From an uncultured Alphaproteobacteria bacterium (GTDB taxonomy: Bacteria > Pseudomonadota > Alphaproteobacteria > Rs-D84): 27,236 bases of DNA. The notes below the pieces were generated by a model. The model ran no database searches, was not told the DNA's origin, and was given only the letters and a program-made list of their open reading frames with translations. The DNA lies in contig CAMRSV010000011.1 of assembly GCA_947053455.1 (NCBI GenBank), positions 1-27,236 of the forward strand, given 5' to 3'. This document shows positions 27,236-27,236 of this stretch, piece by piece; the first letter of the stretch is position 1, and each line of letters begins with the position of its first letter. Made by a program: the position numbers and the translations under genes.

Positions 27236-27236
27236 A

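Overview
Core-genome window from a divergent, probably host-associated alphaproteobacterium. The assignment is inferred from the RpoA termini (MIEKNW.../...[16 protein letters not shown]) and the lack of rpsD/rpmJ in the alpha cluster; a gut Rs-D84/'Ca. Enterousia'-like lineage is only a guess. About 19 kb is the str-S10-spc-alpha cluster (rpsL to rplQ, with fusA, tuf, secY and rpoA; adk is missing). To the left are mltG, an ABC exporter, tRNA-Pro(CGG) with a split duplicate of its 3' end, an acyl-CoA synthetase and a beta-barrel OMP. To the right is a truncated Cys-rich hypothetical protein. The genes are ordinary but the non-coding layout is not. No two annotated genes of the cluster overlap, and most junctions follow the pattern stop - G.U-containing hairpin(s) without a U-tract - A-rich spacer - minimal AAGG ribosome-binding site. 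Three loop motifs each recur twice (GCACU flanking rpsS; CUGUUA before rplE and rplR; CGUR before rpsG and rpsH). Other candidates are a 23-codon sORF overlapping the rplO start, an orphan ~65-nt sRNA with an anti-SD-like seed, an RtT-like tRNA repeat, a split alpha operon, and substitutions at antibiotic-relevant sites in EF-Tu, EF-G, L3, L4 and L22. All structures were paired by eye; nothing was folded or searched computationally.
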